Shown here: positions 49,200-58,906 of the stretch, in pieces
How positions within the stretch are numbered: the stretch's first letter is position 1
Layout of the letters: every line of letters starts with the position of its first letter
From: a bacterium
GTDB taxonomy: Bacteria; Zhuqueibacterota; Zhuqueibacteria; Residuimicrobiales; Krinioviventaceae
Length of the DNA stretch: 64,000 bases
Direction: 5' to 3'
Assembly: GCA_963674595.2 (NCBI GenBank)
Contig: CAXXFV010000023.1
Location: 352,001-416,000, forward strand
Notes under the pieces: model-generated
Databases searched by the model: none
Told to the model about the DNA's origin: nothing
What the model saw: only the letters and a program-made list of their open reading frames with translations
Made by a program: the position numbers and the translations under genes

Positions 49200-50288
49200 A
49201 TGACCAGTCGTGAACGAGTGTTAAAAGCGATCAATTTCCAGGTGCCGGACAGACCCCCGGTTTTTGCCACCATAACGCCGCAGGTTGCTGAAAAAGTTTC
49301 AGCATATTTAAATATACCCTACGAACCGCCGCTGGATTCATTACTTTCAAGCCGAATTTCCCATACGAAATTGCTGACGGCACTGGGAAATGATTGTGTT
49401 TGTGTTGGGGCATGCACTTCGGACAGTTCGCCGTCAAAAACATTGGCCGACGGCACAATTGTTAACGAATGGGGCATGCATTTTAAAAATGTGGGGTTAT
49501 ATAACGAGTTTTCCAAATTCCCTTTGGAACATGCCCGTACGGTCGCCGACATTGAAAGCTATGACTTTCCCGATCCGTTTGGGCAGGGACGTTTTGATGA
49601 GGCAACCGCTGCCATAAAAAAATATAAAAAGACTCATGCTATTGTTGCCGACCTGGAGACCTCGATTTTTGAAACAGCCTGGTACCTTGTCGGTTTGGAA
49701 AAACTGTTAATGGACATGGCCAATCAGGAACCTTATGTTGAGGCCTTATTTGATAAGGTCATGGAAATTAATGTTGAAATTGGTAAAAAACTCGTCGAAT
49801 TGGGTGCGGACATTGTCTGGGCCGGGGATGATTTTGGTTCTCAACAGGGTATGATCATGTCCCCGGAAGCATGGCGCAGGATTTTTAAACCACGCATAAA
49901 AACAATGATTCAAGAATTTAAAAGTGTTAATCCTGATGTCAAGGTAGCCTGGCATAGCTGCGGGTCGATTTTCCCCATTATTCCTGATTTTGTTGAAATC
50001 GGTTTGGATATTTTAAATCCACTGCAGCCCCTGGCAAAAGACATGGACCCTGAATTATTAAAACGAACATTCGGCAAAGACCTGGTGTTATTTGGCGGCA
50101 TTGATATTCAGGAACTTTTTCCCTATGCTGCACCGGAAGAAATTAAAAACAATGTCAGAAAAATGGCTGCTGTTGTGGGAGAGAACGGCGGATATATTAT
50201 TGCACCGGCGCATAACATTCAGGATGACACGCCGGTGGAAAATATTTTAGCATTTTTTGATGCTGTTAAAGAACTCGCTCAAGAATGA
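49200..50288 (+). CDS. Uroporphyrinogen decarboxylase (URO-D)/MtaA-CmuA-like family protein
   Basis: GGAG RBS; MTSRERV...PDRPP, NEWG, GDDFG, WHSCG, NPLQP, FGGIDIQ, APAHNIQDDTP. Confidence 0.88.
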   Translation: MTSRERVLKAINFQVPDRPPVFATITPQVAEKVSAYLNIPYEPPLDSLLSSRISHTKLLTALGNDCVCVGACTSDSSPSKTLADGTIVNEWGMHFKNVGLYNEFSKFPLEHARTVADIESYDFPDPFGQGRFDEATAAIKKYKKTHAIVADLETSIFETAWYLVGLEKLLMDMANQEPYVEALFDKVMEINVEIGKKLVELGADIVWAGDDFGSQQGMIMSPEAWRRIFKPRIKTMIQEFKSVNPDVKVAWHSCGSIFPIIPDFVEIGLDILNPLQPLAKDMDPELLKRTFGKDLVLFGGIDIQELFPYAAPEEIKNNVRKMAAVVGENGGYIIAPAHNIQDDTPVENILAFFDAVKELAQE

Positions 50289-50294
50289 TATATT

Positions 50295-51128
50295 CTATTT
50301 TTGATTGTTGAGTTTCAGATCAAATTTTTTTCGCATAATGCTGTCCAAAACGGACGTGGAAACCAGTTTTTTTAAAAGCGGTAAAAGGTAAGCCCCATTA
50401 CCCAAATGTATGATGGCCGGCGGATTATTTTTGCATAATTTGTCGGCCAATTTTTTTGTGAATTTTTCCACGGGGGTGGCATTTTCCTGGGATATTTCAG
50501 CCCGTGTTTGGATGGCGTTTTCCTGTTTGTTGTATATGGAATCCGTATTGCGTCCGGAAACTGTTTTTTTTGCATTGCTGCCGAATTGGGATTGCACAGC
50601 GCCTGCCTGCACGGTAATCACTTTGATGCCGAAATCAGCCAGTTCCATACGCATGGCATCACAAATATTGTGTATGGCTGCTTTGGATGCGCAATAAGCC
50701 CCGGAAAACGGGGTCGTTACAAGACCGGAAATACTGCCGATTGTTACGATCATTCCCTGTTTTTGTTTGATCATTGCGGGAGCAATTTTTTTTGCCAACA
50801 ATACCGGTGCAAAAACATTGACCGCAAATTGATCTGTCAGCTTTTTCTCAGATAATTCAACAATAGGTCCCATTAATCCATAGCCGGCATTGTTGATAAG
50901 CATATCAATACGTTTTTCATCAGTCAGGACCTGGTTTACAACGCGATCAATTTGATCGGCATCGGTGACATCCAGTTGATATACAGCGCATCCTTTTTCT
51001 GACAGCTCTTTTAACGAGTCCAGGTTGCGGGCCGTTGCAACGACCTGGTAGCCCCGTTGAAGAAATTCCAGGGCAAGGGCTTTGCCGATTCCGGTGGAAC
51101 AGCCGGTTATAAACACCACTTTTTGCAT
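50295..51128 (-). CDS. Classical SDR family oxidoreductase
   Basis: TGCSTGIG, NNAG, YCASK; GGAGA RBS before ATG 51128. Confidence 0.92.
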   Translation of the reverse strand: MQKVVFITGCSTGIGKALALEFLQRGYQVVATARNLDSLKELSEKGCAVYQLDVTDADQIDRVVNQVLTDEKRIDMLINNAGYGLMGPIVELSEKKLTDQFAVNVFAPVLLAKKIAPAMIKQKQGMIVTIGSISGLVTTPFSGAYCASKAAIHNICDAMRMELADFGIKVITVQAGAVQSQFGSNAKKTVSGRNTDSIYNKQENAIQTRAEISQENATPVEKFTKKLADKLCKNNPPAIIHLGNGAYLLPLLKKLVSTSVLDSIMRKKFDLKLNNQK

Positions 51129-51171
51129 TTTATCTCCGTTCAATAATTACTTGAGAGCCTGACAGCTTTTT

Positions 51172-53103
51172 TTACTTTATGTAAAGCATTTTTTCTGAGC
51201 GGTAGCCCGAATGTGTTGCGATTCTGTAATAATAAATCCCGCTGGAAACCATCTGCTCTGTTTCATTTTTGGCGTCCCATACAAATGAATAAGCGCCGGT
51301 ATTCAATGTTCCCTGATGTATGGTTTTTATATGCTGACCGATACTATTGTAAACAGTCAGGGTTACATAATCCGGTTGATTCAGATAAAAAGATATATGC
51401 GTTGTACCGTTAAACGGATTCGGATAGTTTTGCAGTAATTGAAATGTCTGCGGTGTTGTTCCGGACTGCGCAACACTGGTTTCCTGGTTTACCAGCGGCA
51501 GCAGCGCATAAGACGCATATTCACCGCCGGTGTAAATCGTATTTTCGGCAGTAACCGGCTCACTCCGGTCATTGGGCTCTGCGCCGGTGTTGGGATTTGT
51601 TTCAAATCGCGGATAATTGCTGGAAGAGAGACAAATTTTAATTTTATGTCCACTGTTGAAGACAATGGCAGTCGGCGGCAGTGTAATTGTCAGCGAATCC
51701 AGTTGATAGGGTGTTAACAGTTCTGTTTCTTCCTGAAAATATCCTTTTCGAAAACGTGACCGTTGAATGCCGTCGGTTACCAGCATTTCTCTGCCGTCCG
51801 GATAAATATCGACAAGTTTTAAGGTAAAATCCGTGTCTGTTCTGTTGCTGGAAAAATAGATTTTTCCTTTGACATAACCTTCCAGGCGCACCGGTGTTGA
51901 TAAAACATCAGATTCAAAACAGATGACATCGTCTCTGATTGTTACGCTTTGCTGATCATAGGGACCGGCATTGATAGTCAGATTGTTTCCACCTATCGTC
52001 GGTACCGGATTTTGCGGATCATAGGAAAATGAAAATTCTGCATATTCCTGTTTATTTTGTGTCAATGAATTGTCATTGTTAAAATAATAGGCTTCAGGAG
52101 TAGATTGGGTCGGCGGCCAGACATCGGTCGTTATCCATTCACAGCCCTGTTCGTCTGTTTTTTGCGGATCGCCCATCAGGTAATAATAAACATCCGGTTG
52201 CTCTAAAACCTGGGTGTCCATACCTTTTAACCAATAGTCAAACCATTTAAAGGCTTCGTTTAAAATATCATAAGCGCCATCAGGATAACTCAGCTCTCCC
52301 ACGTCACCATGCTGGGTGGTGGTCATGTGTTCCCAGGGACCCATAACAAGTTTTTGTGGACCGGCTGTTTGCTGCCGGCAAAGATCGTTATATAAAGCAA
52401 CCGTGCCGTCGGAAAAACAGTCATACCAGCCGCCGATATGCAGAATGGGTGTGGTTATTTGGTCCGTGCGGGTGTGCATATTCACGCCGGGCCAGATGTT
52501 CTCATCGTAATAGGGAAAGGACAAGATATAATCAATCATATAATCTGCTTGTTGACCGTGTATCCAGTTTTCCACCAAAGATTTCCGATATTCACCACCC
52601 GGATAAACGACCTCTTTATAAAAATCGGAGGGAGCGACAATAGCAATACCGGCCTTTAAATTCGGATGAAGAGACCCGGCAGCCCGCAGGGTTGTAATTC
52701 CTGTTGCCGAAGCACCGATCATACCGATCTGTCCGTTACACCATTCCTGGTGAATGAGCCATTCAATGGTGTCGTATCCGTCCTGCAACGCCCCCCAGCC
52801 GTCGTTAAAATAAACCGAATCCTCACCTTCGGAATGATAACGTCCGCGGGTGTCCTGTGAGACAAAAGTATAACCGCGCAGGTTTAACAACACCAAAAGT
52901 CCTTCCACCAAATCATCATTATTTTTATCATAGGGCGTTCGAAATAAAATAACCGGACGGGCTATGCTGTCACTTGTTTTGTATACATCCGTAGCCAATG
53001 ATACGCCGTCCCGCATCGGTACCATAAATGTTTCTTTTGCTGTTACCTGTTGAATAAACGTCGTTAATAAAAGAACAATGAATAAAAATCTATTTTTAAG
53101 CAT
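51172..53103 (-). CDS. CocE/NonD family serine hydrolase with FlgD-Ig/T9SS-type-A-like C-terminal domain
   Basis: VPMRDG, RTPY, QDTRG...SEG, GASATG nucleophile elbow, GGWYD, GPWEH, SSNYPRF; C-terminal LLQNYPNPFN...SGIYYY...KMLYIK. Confidence 0.92.
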   Translation of the reverse strand: MLKNRFLFIVLLLTTFIQQVTAKETFMVPMRDGVSLATDVYKTSDSIARPVILFRTPYDKNNDDLVEGLLVLLNLRGYTFVSQDTRGRYHSEGEDSVYFNDGWGALQDGYDTIEWLIHQEWCNGQIGMIGASATGITTLRAAGSLHPNLKAGIAIVAPSDFYKEVVYPGGEYRKSLVENWIHGQQADYMIDYILSFPYYDENIWPGVNMHTRTDQITTPILHIGGWYDCFSDGTVALYNDLCRQQTAGPQKLVMGPWEHMTTTQHGDVGELSYPDGAYDILNEAFKWFDYWLKGMDTQVLEQPDVYYYLMGDPQKTDEQGCEWITTDVWPPTQSTPEAYYFNNDNSLTQNKQEYAEFSFSYDPQNPVPTIGGNNLTINAGPYDQQSVTIRDDVICFESDVLSTPVRLEGYVKGKIYFSSNRTDTDFTLKLVDIYPDGREMLVTDGIQRSRFRKGYFQEETELLTPYQLDSLTITLPPTAIVFNSGHKIKICLSSSNYPRFETNPNTGAEPNDRSEPVTAENTIYTGGEYASYALLPLVNQETSVAQSGTTPQTFQLLQNYPNPFNGTTHISFYLNQPDYVTLTVYNSIGQHIKTIHQGTLNTGAYSFVWDAKNETEQMVSSGIYYYRIATHSGYRSEKMLYIK

Positions 53104-53115
53104 AAAATAATCCGT

Positions 53116-54210
53116 TTATTTTAGTTTATAGTTATTACCGGACAAATTCAGCATCCGTGCCAGGTAGGGTTGCAGACCTTCGGCCATGCTTTGAAATCCC
53201 AGATCGTTCGGATGAACACCGTCAACAAGACCGTCTGCCATATCCGGCCCCAGCAGTTCAAATCCTTCTACAAGTAATATGTTATAATTTTCTATATTTC
53301 TTAACCGTGCAATTTCTTTACGAACAATGTCCCGCATAAACGTAGGTTTAGCAGGTCCCCAAAATTCGTGTGTCTGAAAAATGGGTGTTACTACGATAAT
53401 TGGTGTTTGCGGACGCTTTTGACAGAGAATATCCATAAACGGGCCATATACCTTACTCAAGCTGTCCACACTCGGCAGGTTAACGCCGAAATCGATGACA
53501 TAACAGGCCGCATCAATATCTGCTAAAATTTGGGCCATTTCCGGTTCACCCATGCCGTTGCCGGAATAGCCGTGATTAACGATGTCTATATTTAAATTCC
53601 TTCCGATTATAGCCTGATAGCTCATGCCTGGACGACTGGCGCAGCCTCCCTGTGTAATAGACGAACCGTAAAAGACGACCGGTTTTTCCAGCGCAAAGGG
53701 GAGTGGTTTGTCAAATGCTGCCTCGGAATCGGTGCCGATTGCCAATACCTTAACATTTGAGTAAACCGGCAGATAAAGCGTAATATTCCTCATTTGCTTT
53801 TTTTGATTATTAAAAAAGACAAATTCCGTAAAAGTGCTGTCTCTGGGGATTGCTGTTTTTATATATTGATTGTCGATATAGAGGTCAACACCGCATTGTC
53901 CGTAAACATGCATGTTTATCATATTTCCTTTATGCGGATATTGTAACTGGATTGCAAGTATTGTGCAGTCGCTTTGAAAACGGATACGACCTCCGCTTGG
54001 GGATTGGGCCAGGCTCCAGACTCGATCACGAACGGAATTTTTTTGCGATTTCGCTAAACGATAGAGATCAGGCTTGTTTTCCTGCCAGAAAACAAGTCCG
54101 TTGACCTGGAATTTTTCGTCCGGAAATGTGTGCCAGGTGATTTGGGCGTCCTGGGCAAAAAGATAATTGGAAAGAAACATTATCAGCAAAAAAAGTGGTT
54201 TTTTCAGCAT
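53116..54210 (-). CDS. Exported SGNH/GDSL esterase with N-terminal GxDLY domain
   Basis: GVDLY, YGSSITQG, GYSGNG, DGVHPNDLG. Confidence 0.9.
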   Translation of the reverse strand: MLKKPLFLLIMFLSNYLFAQDAQITWHTFPDEKFQVNGLVFWQENKPDLYRLAKSQKNSVRDRVWSLAQSPSGGRIRFQSDCTILAIQLQYPHKGNMINMHVYGQCGVDLYIDNQYIKTAIPRDSTFTEFVFFNNQKKQMRNITLYLPVYSNVKVLAIGTDSEAAFDKPLPFALEKPVVFYGSSITQGGCASRPGMSYQAIIGRNLNIDIVNHGYSGNGMGEPEMAQILADIDAACYVIDFGVNLPSVDSLSKVYGPFMDILCQKRPQTPIIVVTPIFQTHEFWGPAKPTFMRDIVRKEIARLRNIENYNILLVEGFELLGPDMADGLVDGVHPNDLGFQSMAEGLQPYLARMLNLSGNNYKLK

Positions 54211-54216
54211 TTCTGG

Positions 54217-54867
54217 TTACCTCAATATTTTTATTTCCAGATTTTTATATTCAACCGATGTTAAATGGCTCTGAAAACCGATATGTCCCTGACGCGGTCG
54301 CTGACTGAGCGGAAGCAAGCTGTTTCTGCCATGTGTGCATTTATCCATGTCTACTTCAAGGACCTTTTCGCCATTTAAAACGACCTTGATTAACGGACCG
54401 TCGACTGCTATCCTAAAATCATTCCATTCTCCTGCCGGTTTGCTGTGTCCCTGTAACGCCGCAACCTGGTAGTAAATGCTGCCTGTCAATTGGTAAAATT
54501 TCAGGTCTTTGTATTTATCAGCATCATCATCCAGGACCTGAATTTCCATACCTGTTTCAGAAGGTTCACCGATAAGCGGATAACGCAGTCCGATACCGCT
54601 GTTGCCGCCCTGTGGCAGCCGCCATTGACCGCGTAATATAAAATTTCGATACTGTTTTTCACTTGTCAGCCAGCCACCGCCTTTGGCATGACAGCACAAA
54701 ATACCGTCTTTAAAGGACCATGCCGCCAGATTTCCGTCTTTGGCAAACCAACCCGTCATATCAGTGTTTTTAAATAGTGGTTCAAATTCAGTATTGTCCT
54801 GAATTTCGGTCCGGCATCCCATTAAAAATAGTATGATAGCGGCAAGAATGGAAAGGGATTTTTTCAT
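54217..54867 (-). CDS. DUF1080 / 3-keto-disaccharide hydrolase-like lipoprotein
   Basis: LMGC lipobox; GGNSGI, EIQVLDD, GEWN, GHIGFQSH. Confidence 0.88.
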   Translation of the reverse strand: MKKSLSILAAIILFLMGCRTEIQDNTEFEPLFKNTDMTGWFAKDGNLAAWSFKDGILCCHAKGGGWLTSEKQYRNFILRGQWRLPQGGNSGIGLRYPLIGEPSETGMEIQVLDDDADKYKDLKFYQLTGSIYYQVAALQGHSKPAGEWNDFRIAVDGPLIKVVLNGEKVLEVDMDKCTHGRNSLLPLSQRPRQGHIGFQSHLTSVEYKNLEIKILR

Positions 54868-54993
54868 CTGTTTTATTCGTTTTTAGATGTATTCCGTTAT
54901 TTGAATAGATAAATGTCGGGAAAATATACACAAAAAGCAAGCTGCAACAGGTTTTGTTTTATGCTGGATTGTTAAAGGGAAGGTGGATGTGAG

Positions 54994-55233
54994 TTGTTGA
55001 ATAATATAAAGTTAAAAATGTCTTTTCAGCCTGGTTCTGCCAAAGACAGCTTGCTTGAAATTTGTAACAATCCTTTCAATGTTAGTACACTAAATGTTCC
55101 ATTCTATATCTGTCATGCCTTTGCAACCACCTGTTTCGCGGGAGACAGTAAGTTTTGTTACAAAAATTTTACTGAAATAAAGAACCGATCCAAGGTCATA
55201 AAGATGCTTTCGGCATGCCATTTCTATTTTTAA
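54994..55233 (+). pseudogene. Decayed remnant of an FlgD-Ig/T9SS-like C-terminal domain
   Basis: SLLEICNNPFNVST..PFYI and RSKVIKML resemble the LLQNYPNPFNGTTHISFYL and SEKMLYIK segments of the CocE gene. Confidence 0.4.
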
Positions 55234-55244
55234 TCAGGATTATC

Positions 55245-55284
55245 TGCTTTTAAAATTAACTGAATTTTAAAAAGCATCCTTTTT
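55245..55284 (+). terminator. Possible terminator downstream of the remnant
   Basis: Near-perfect inverted repeat tgcttttaaaatt / aattttaaaaagca followed by ccttttt. Confidence 0.4.
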
Positions 55285-55358
55285 ATTTAACACCAAATTC
55301 TTTAAATTCACATTAATTAACAATTTTGCTGAAAATAATTATTAACGGAAAGAGTTTA

Positions 55359-56183
55359 ATGGACGACCATCTGATTTTAAATCAGCTTTATAATTTCAAC
55401 CTGAAAGACCGGCAACTGGGAATTGTCTGGCTGGGACAAAGTGGATTTTTAATAAAATCAAAAAGTGCCGTGTTTTTAATCGATCCCTATTTGTCTGATT
55501 TTGCGGAACAGTGGACCTTTGGCAAACACAATGAACATATCCGAATGCACCCGGCACCCATTGCACCGAAAGAGATTTACGGTGTTGATGTTGTCCTTTG
55601 TACCCATGACCATGTTGATCATATCGATCCCTATTCCATACCGGTTCTTGCCCTGAGAAATCCGCAAACTCGGTTTGTCGCTCCTTTAACTGCAAAAAAC
55701 CGGATACTCGGTCTTTATGTCGATGAATCCCGACTCGATGTATTGTCCGGTTTGGATTCGCTGGAAACAGGTCCCGTATCCGTAAACGCTATTCCTGCGG
55801 CCCATTCTCAACTGGATTATGATAAAGCATACGGGTATCCTTATCTAAGTTATATAATTAAGGTCGATGGATTGACAATTTTTCATGCCGGTGATACCGT
55901 ACCTTATGACGAACAAACGGAATATCTCAGCACTTTTAATATTGATGTGGCCTTGCTGTCGGTGAACGGGGAAAAGGACCCGAGTCTGGATTTACTGCCC
56001 AATTTTAATGTCCGTCAGGCTGTTCAGTTCGCTCAGGACATCAATGCCAAATTGACCATACCCATGCATTATGACATGTTTACCATTAATACGATTGATA
56101 TCAATGAATTTAAAATTGCGGCCAAAGACAAAATCAATTTTCAGATTGTCAAACTGGGTGCGCCGCTTGTGCTGTCACTGTAA
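55359..56183 (+). CDS. Metallo-beta-lactamase-fold hydrolase (UlaG-like)
   Basis: WLGQSGF, IDPYLS, THDHVDHID, PAAH, HAGDT, IPMHYDMF. Confidence 0.88.
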   Translation: MDDHLILNQLYNFNLKDRQLGIVWLGQSGFLIKSKSAVFLIDPYLSDFAEQWTFGKHNEHIRMHPAPIAPKEIYGVDVVLCTHDHVDHIDPYSIPVLALRNPQTRFVAPLTAKNRILGLYVDESRLDVLSGLDSLETGPVSVNAIPAAHSQLDYDKAYGYPYLSYIIKVDGLTIFHAGDTVPYDEQTEYLSTFNIDVALLSVNGEKDPSLDLLPNFNVRQAVQFAQDINAKLTIPMHYDMFTINTIDINEFKIAAKDKINFQIVKLGAPLVLSL

Positions 56184-56211
56184 AATTTGTGAATAATTCC
56201 AGTTAGTTATG

Positions 56212-56976
56212 CTATAGGTTGATTTTTTGGCCTTCAACGTATCGTTTTGTGCCAGTTTCAAAGGGTTTGTCGTGTCCGCCCATGATAATGCCGTCCAGAG
56301 ATTCAATGTAATCTTTACTTTTCATAAAAAGATCGTTGCTGTACCGGGGGGCCAGTTCCTGTAAAGTGCGTTTCCAGAACAGGCGGCTCGGCATGGCATC
56401 TCCTGAACAGATGTACTGGTTTTCATCGCCTTTGATGATGACGGCATAGTGCCCGGGGGTGTGTCCCGGCGTATGTACAGGCTGAATAAACGGCGGTAAT
56501 TCCGGCTGGTCTTCAATCCATTCGATTTGCTCCCTGTCTCCGATACCATCGTCCTGCCAGTATCTTTGCACCAGTTTTTGCGAATAGGGGCCGTGAACGT
56601 CCGCCCGCCGTTGCGGGTATTCCGGATAAAATTGTAACAAGGTCTTAACCGGATCATCCGATTCATACATCGCATGACTGTATCTTTTGGCAAAATCATA
56701 ATCCGTTTTACTGACAATGATCCGCGCGTTTGTGAACAGTCTGTTATTCCCAACATGATCCGGATGCACATGTGTGTTGATCACCATGTCAAAATTTTTT
56801 GGGTCGAATTTCAACAGCCTCAACTGGTCCTGCAGCGCAGGTTGTTTTGCATAACCGGTGTCTATCATGATCAATTGTTCTTTAAATGCAACAACGGCCG
56901 CCATTAATGGCAGCCGTCCCTGCTTTTTATCATCAAAATTGACCATTTGCATGTAGATCGGATAAATCGTAATCAC
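56212..56976 (-). CDS. Metallo-beta-lactamase-fold hydrolase
   Basis: IDTG, THVHPDHVG, TPGHTPGH, SGDA, GGHD; GTG start 1 nt after the upstream stop. Confidence 0.88.
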   Translation of the reverse strand: MITIYPIYMQMVNFDDKKQGRLPLMAAVVAFKEQLIMIDTGYAKQPALQDQLRLLKFDPKNFDMVINTHVHPDHVGNNRLFTNARIIVSKTDYDFAKRYSHAMYESDDPVKTLLQFYPEYPQRRADVHGPYSQKLVQRYWQDDGIGDREQIEWIEDQPELPPFIQPVHTPGHTPGHYAVIIKGDENQYICSGDAMPSRLFWKRTLQELAPRYSNDLFMKSKDYIESLDGIIMGGHDKPFETGTKRYVEGQKINL

Positions 56977-56977
56977 T

Positions 56978-57802
56978 TTAGATGCCGTTCTCTTTTTCTT
57001 TCATCAATCGTATTTTTGCGTCCTCAAACATGGGCTCCGCAAAATCACTTGACCATGTCCGTTCCTCAAAGGTCCTTGATTTTACCGTTTCTAAAAATCC
57101 TTTAAAATCTTTGAAATAGGCACCATAAATATGAAAACTGTCGACCAGGTCCGTATATCTTCCCACACGGACCGGTTTTCCGATGTTTTCACTGATCTTT
57201 TCGGCAATGATTCGCTGCATATCGGTAAATGCAAAAGCATTCATATAGGCTGCTTTATAGGCGTCCCGAGAACGCCAGTGGGTGTTCATATTTAAAACAA
57301 GCTGCCCGTTTTCGTCCGCTAATATTCGGCACCAGACACGCTGCAAACAGGGCGGGTCATAGGTGGGCGGATCTTCTTTGACATTCCAGGTAATTGCCTG
57401 AGCCCGTCTGGAATGAGGAGCCTCGCTGAGTTTTTCTATAATATAATTGATCTGATTAATGGCCGTGTTTTCCATCTCATAATCGTAAAGTCTTTTATGA
57501 TAGGTATAAGTCCATTTTCCTTCTTCCGGCGCAATCCAGTGGTCGTGAACGCCATCCACAACTTCCTGTCTGTAAACCTCCAGGTCTTCCAGTCCTCCGG
57601 GAAAAGCACGATGTATCCTCGGTTCGGCAAAAGGATCTTCGACACACCACATCATTGTGCAGTCTTTACTGGGCGGATCATCCGGTTTATCATATTCCGT
57701 TTTGATAGATGCGCCTTTTTCCCAGCATTCCAAAACCGCTTTTTCCCAGGCTTCCGGTAATGTTTTACCATAAACTGCAAGTACGGGGATGTTACCATTC
57801 AT
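56978..57802 (-). CDS. thyA: Thymidylate synthase family protein, archaeal-type
   Basis: YTYHKRL, SRRAQA.TW, PPCLQ (catalytic Cys), RSRDAYKAAYMN, SFHIY; GGAGG RBS before ATG 57802. Confidence 0.82.
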   Translation of the reverse strand: MNGNIPVLAVYGKTLPEAWEKAVLECWEKGASIKTEYDKPDDPPSKDCTMMWCVEDPFAEPRIHRAFPGGLEDLEVYRQEVVDGVHDHWIAPEEGKWTYTYHKRLYDYEMENTAINQINYIIEKLSEAPHSRRAQAITWNVKEDPPTYDPPCLQRVWCRILADENGQLVLNMNTHWRSRDAYKAAYMNAFAFTDMQRIIAEKISENIGKPVRVGRYTDLVDSFHIYGAYFKDFKGFLETVKSRTFEERTWSSDFAEPMFEDAKIRLMKEKENGI

Positions 57803-57822
57803 AGTGACCTCCATTTGGATGT

Positions 57823-58902
57823 TTAGCCATGTTGTTTATAAAATTTTGTCATAAATTCTGTTAATGCCTGCACTGTTTCCAGGGGTACGGCATTGTATAT
57901 GGATGCGCGTAAACCGCCTACACTGCGATGTCCTTTTAATCCGACAAAACCTGATGCTATGCTTTTTTCCAAAAACAGCTTTTCCAGTTCGGGATCAACC
58001 AACCGGAACGTTACGTTCATTTTCGAACGGCTGTCAGCCTGAGCCGTGCCTTTATAAAAACCGTTGGTTTGGTCCATTGTGTTATATAACAGGTTTGCCT
58101 TTTCGTTGTTTAGTTTTTCCATTGCTTCCAGGCCCCCTGTTTGTAATAACCACTCTAAAACCAGACCGAATATATAAATCGAAAAAACCGGTGGTGTGTT
58201 ATATAAAGATGCTGATTTTACGAAAGTTTGATAGGCCAGCATGGTGGGGATGTTTTTACGGGCTTTGTCCAGCATGTCTTTGCGAATAATAACAACCGTT
58301 AAACCTGCCGGTCCCAGATTTTTTTGGGCGCCTGCATAAATAAGGGCAAATTTGGTTATGTCTGTTTTTCGGCTGAGTATGTCGCTGGACATATCGGCAA
58401 CAAGCGGAACAGTTCCGGTATCCGGGAAGTTCTGCCATTGCGTGCCGAAAAGGGTGTTGTTTGATGTCACGTGCACATATTCGGCAAGGGTGTTAAATTG
58501 AAATTCCCTGGGAATACGGTCAAATCGGGTTTCTTTGGATGTAGCAGCGATATGGGTCGAACCTATTTTATCCGCTTCTTCACAGGCCTTTTCACTCCAT
58601 CCGCCGGTCATGAGATAATCAGCGCAGGTTTCCTTGTCAAGAAAGTTAAGCGGGACCATTGAAAACTGCAGGCTGGCGCCGCCCTGCAGAAAAAGTATCT
58701 CATAATTATCGGGAATGTCCATCAATATTCTTAAATCCGCCATCGCTTTGTAATGGACCGCGTCGTAATCTTTACCGCGATGGCTGTGTTCCAGTATGGA
58801 AATACCGGAATTGTTAAAATTTAAAAAATCCTTTTGCGCTTTTTCCAGGACCGGTTTGGGAAGCGCTGCCGGTCCTGCATTTAAATTATATGTTTTTTGC
58901 AT
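57823..58902 (-). CDS. serC: Phosphoserine aminotransferase
   Basis: NAGPAALP, EHSHR, LQGGASLQF, ADMSSD, YAGAQKNLGPAG, NTPP, RSKMNV, LKGHRSVGGLRASIYNA. Confidence 0.97.
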   Translation of the reverse strand: MQKTYNLNAGPAALPKPVLEKAQKDFLNFNNSGISILEHSHRGKDYDAVHYKAMADLRILMDIPDNYEILFLQGGASLQFSMVPLNFLDKETCADYLMTGGWSEKACEEADKIGSTHIAATSKETRFDRIPREFQFNTLAEYVHVTSNNTLFGTQWQNFPDTGTVPLVADMSSDILSRKTDITKFALIYAGAQKNLGPAGLTVVIIRKDMLDKARKNIPTMLAYQTFVKSASLYNTPPVFSIYIFGLVLEWLLQTGGLEAMEKLNNEKANLLYNTMDQTNGFYKGTAQADSRSKMNVTFRLVDPELEKLFLEKSIASGFVGLKGHRSVGGLRASIYNAVPLETVQALTEFMTKFYKQHG

Positions 58903-58906
58903 CTTT

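Noticed and set aside
4921-50288. Assigning hemE to either URO-D-like gene
   Set aside because: Both lack the N-terminal W.MRQAGR HemE signature, carry an HSCG metal motif and have no tetrapyrrole genes nearby.
31344-56976. Beta-lactam resistance calls for the SxxK hydrolase and the two MBL-fold genes
   Set aside because: Only fold-level motifs are present. The MBL proteins lack signal peptides and look like lactonase-type hydrolases.
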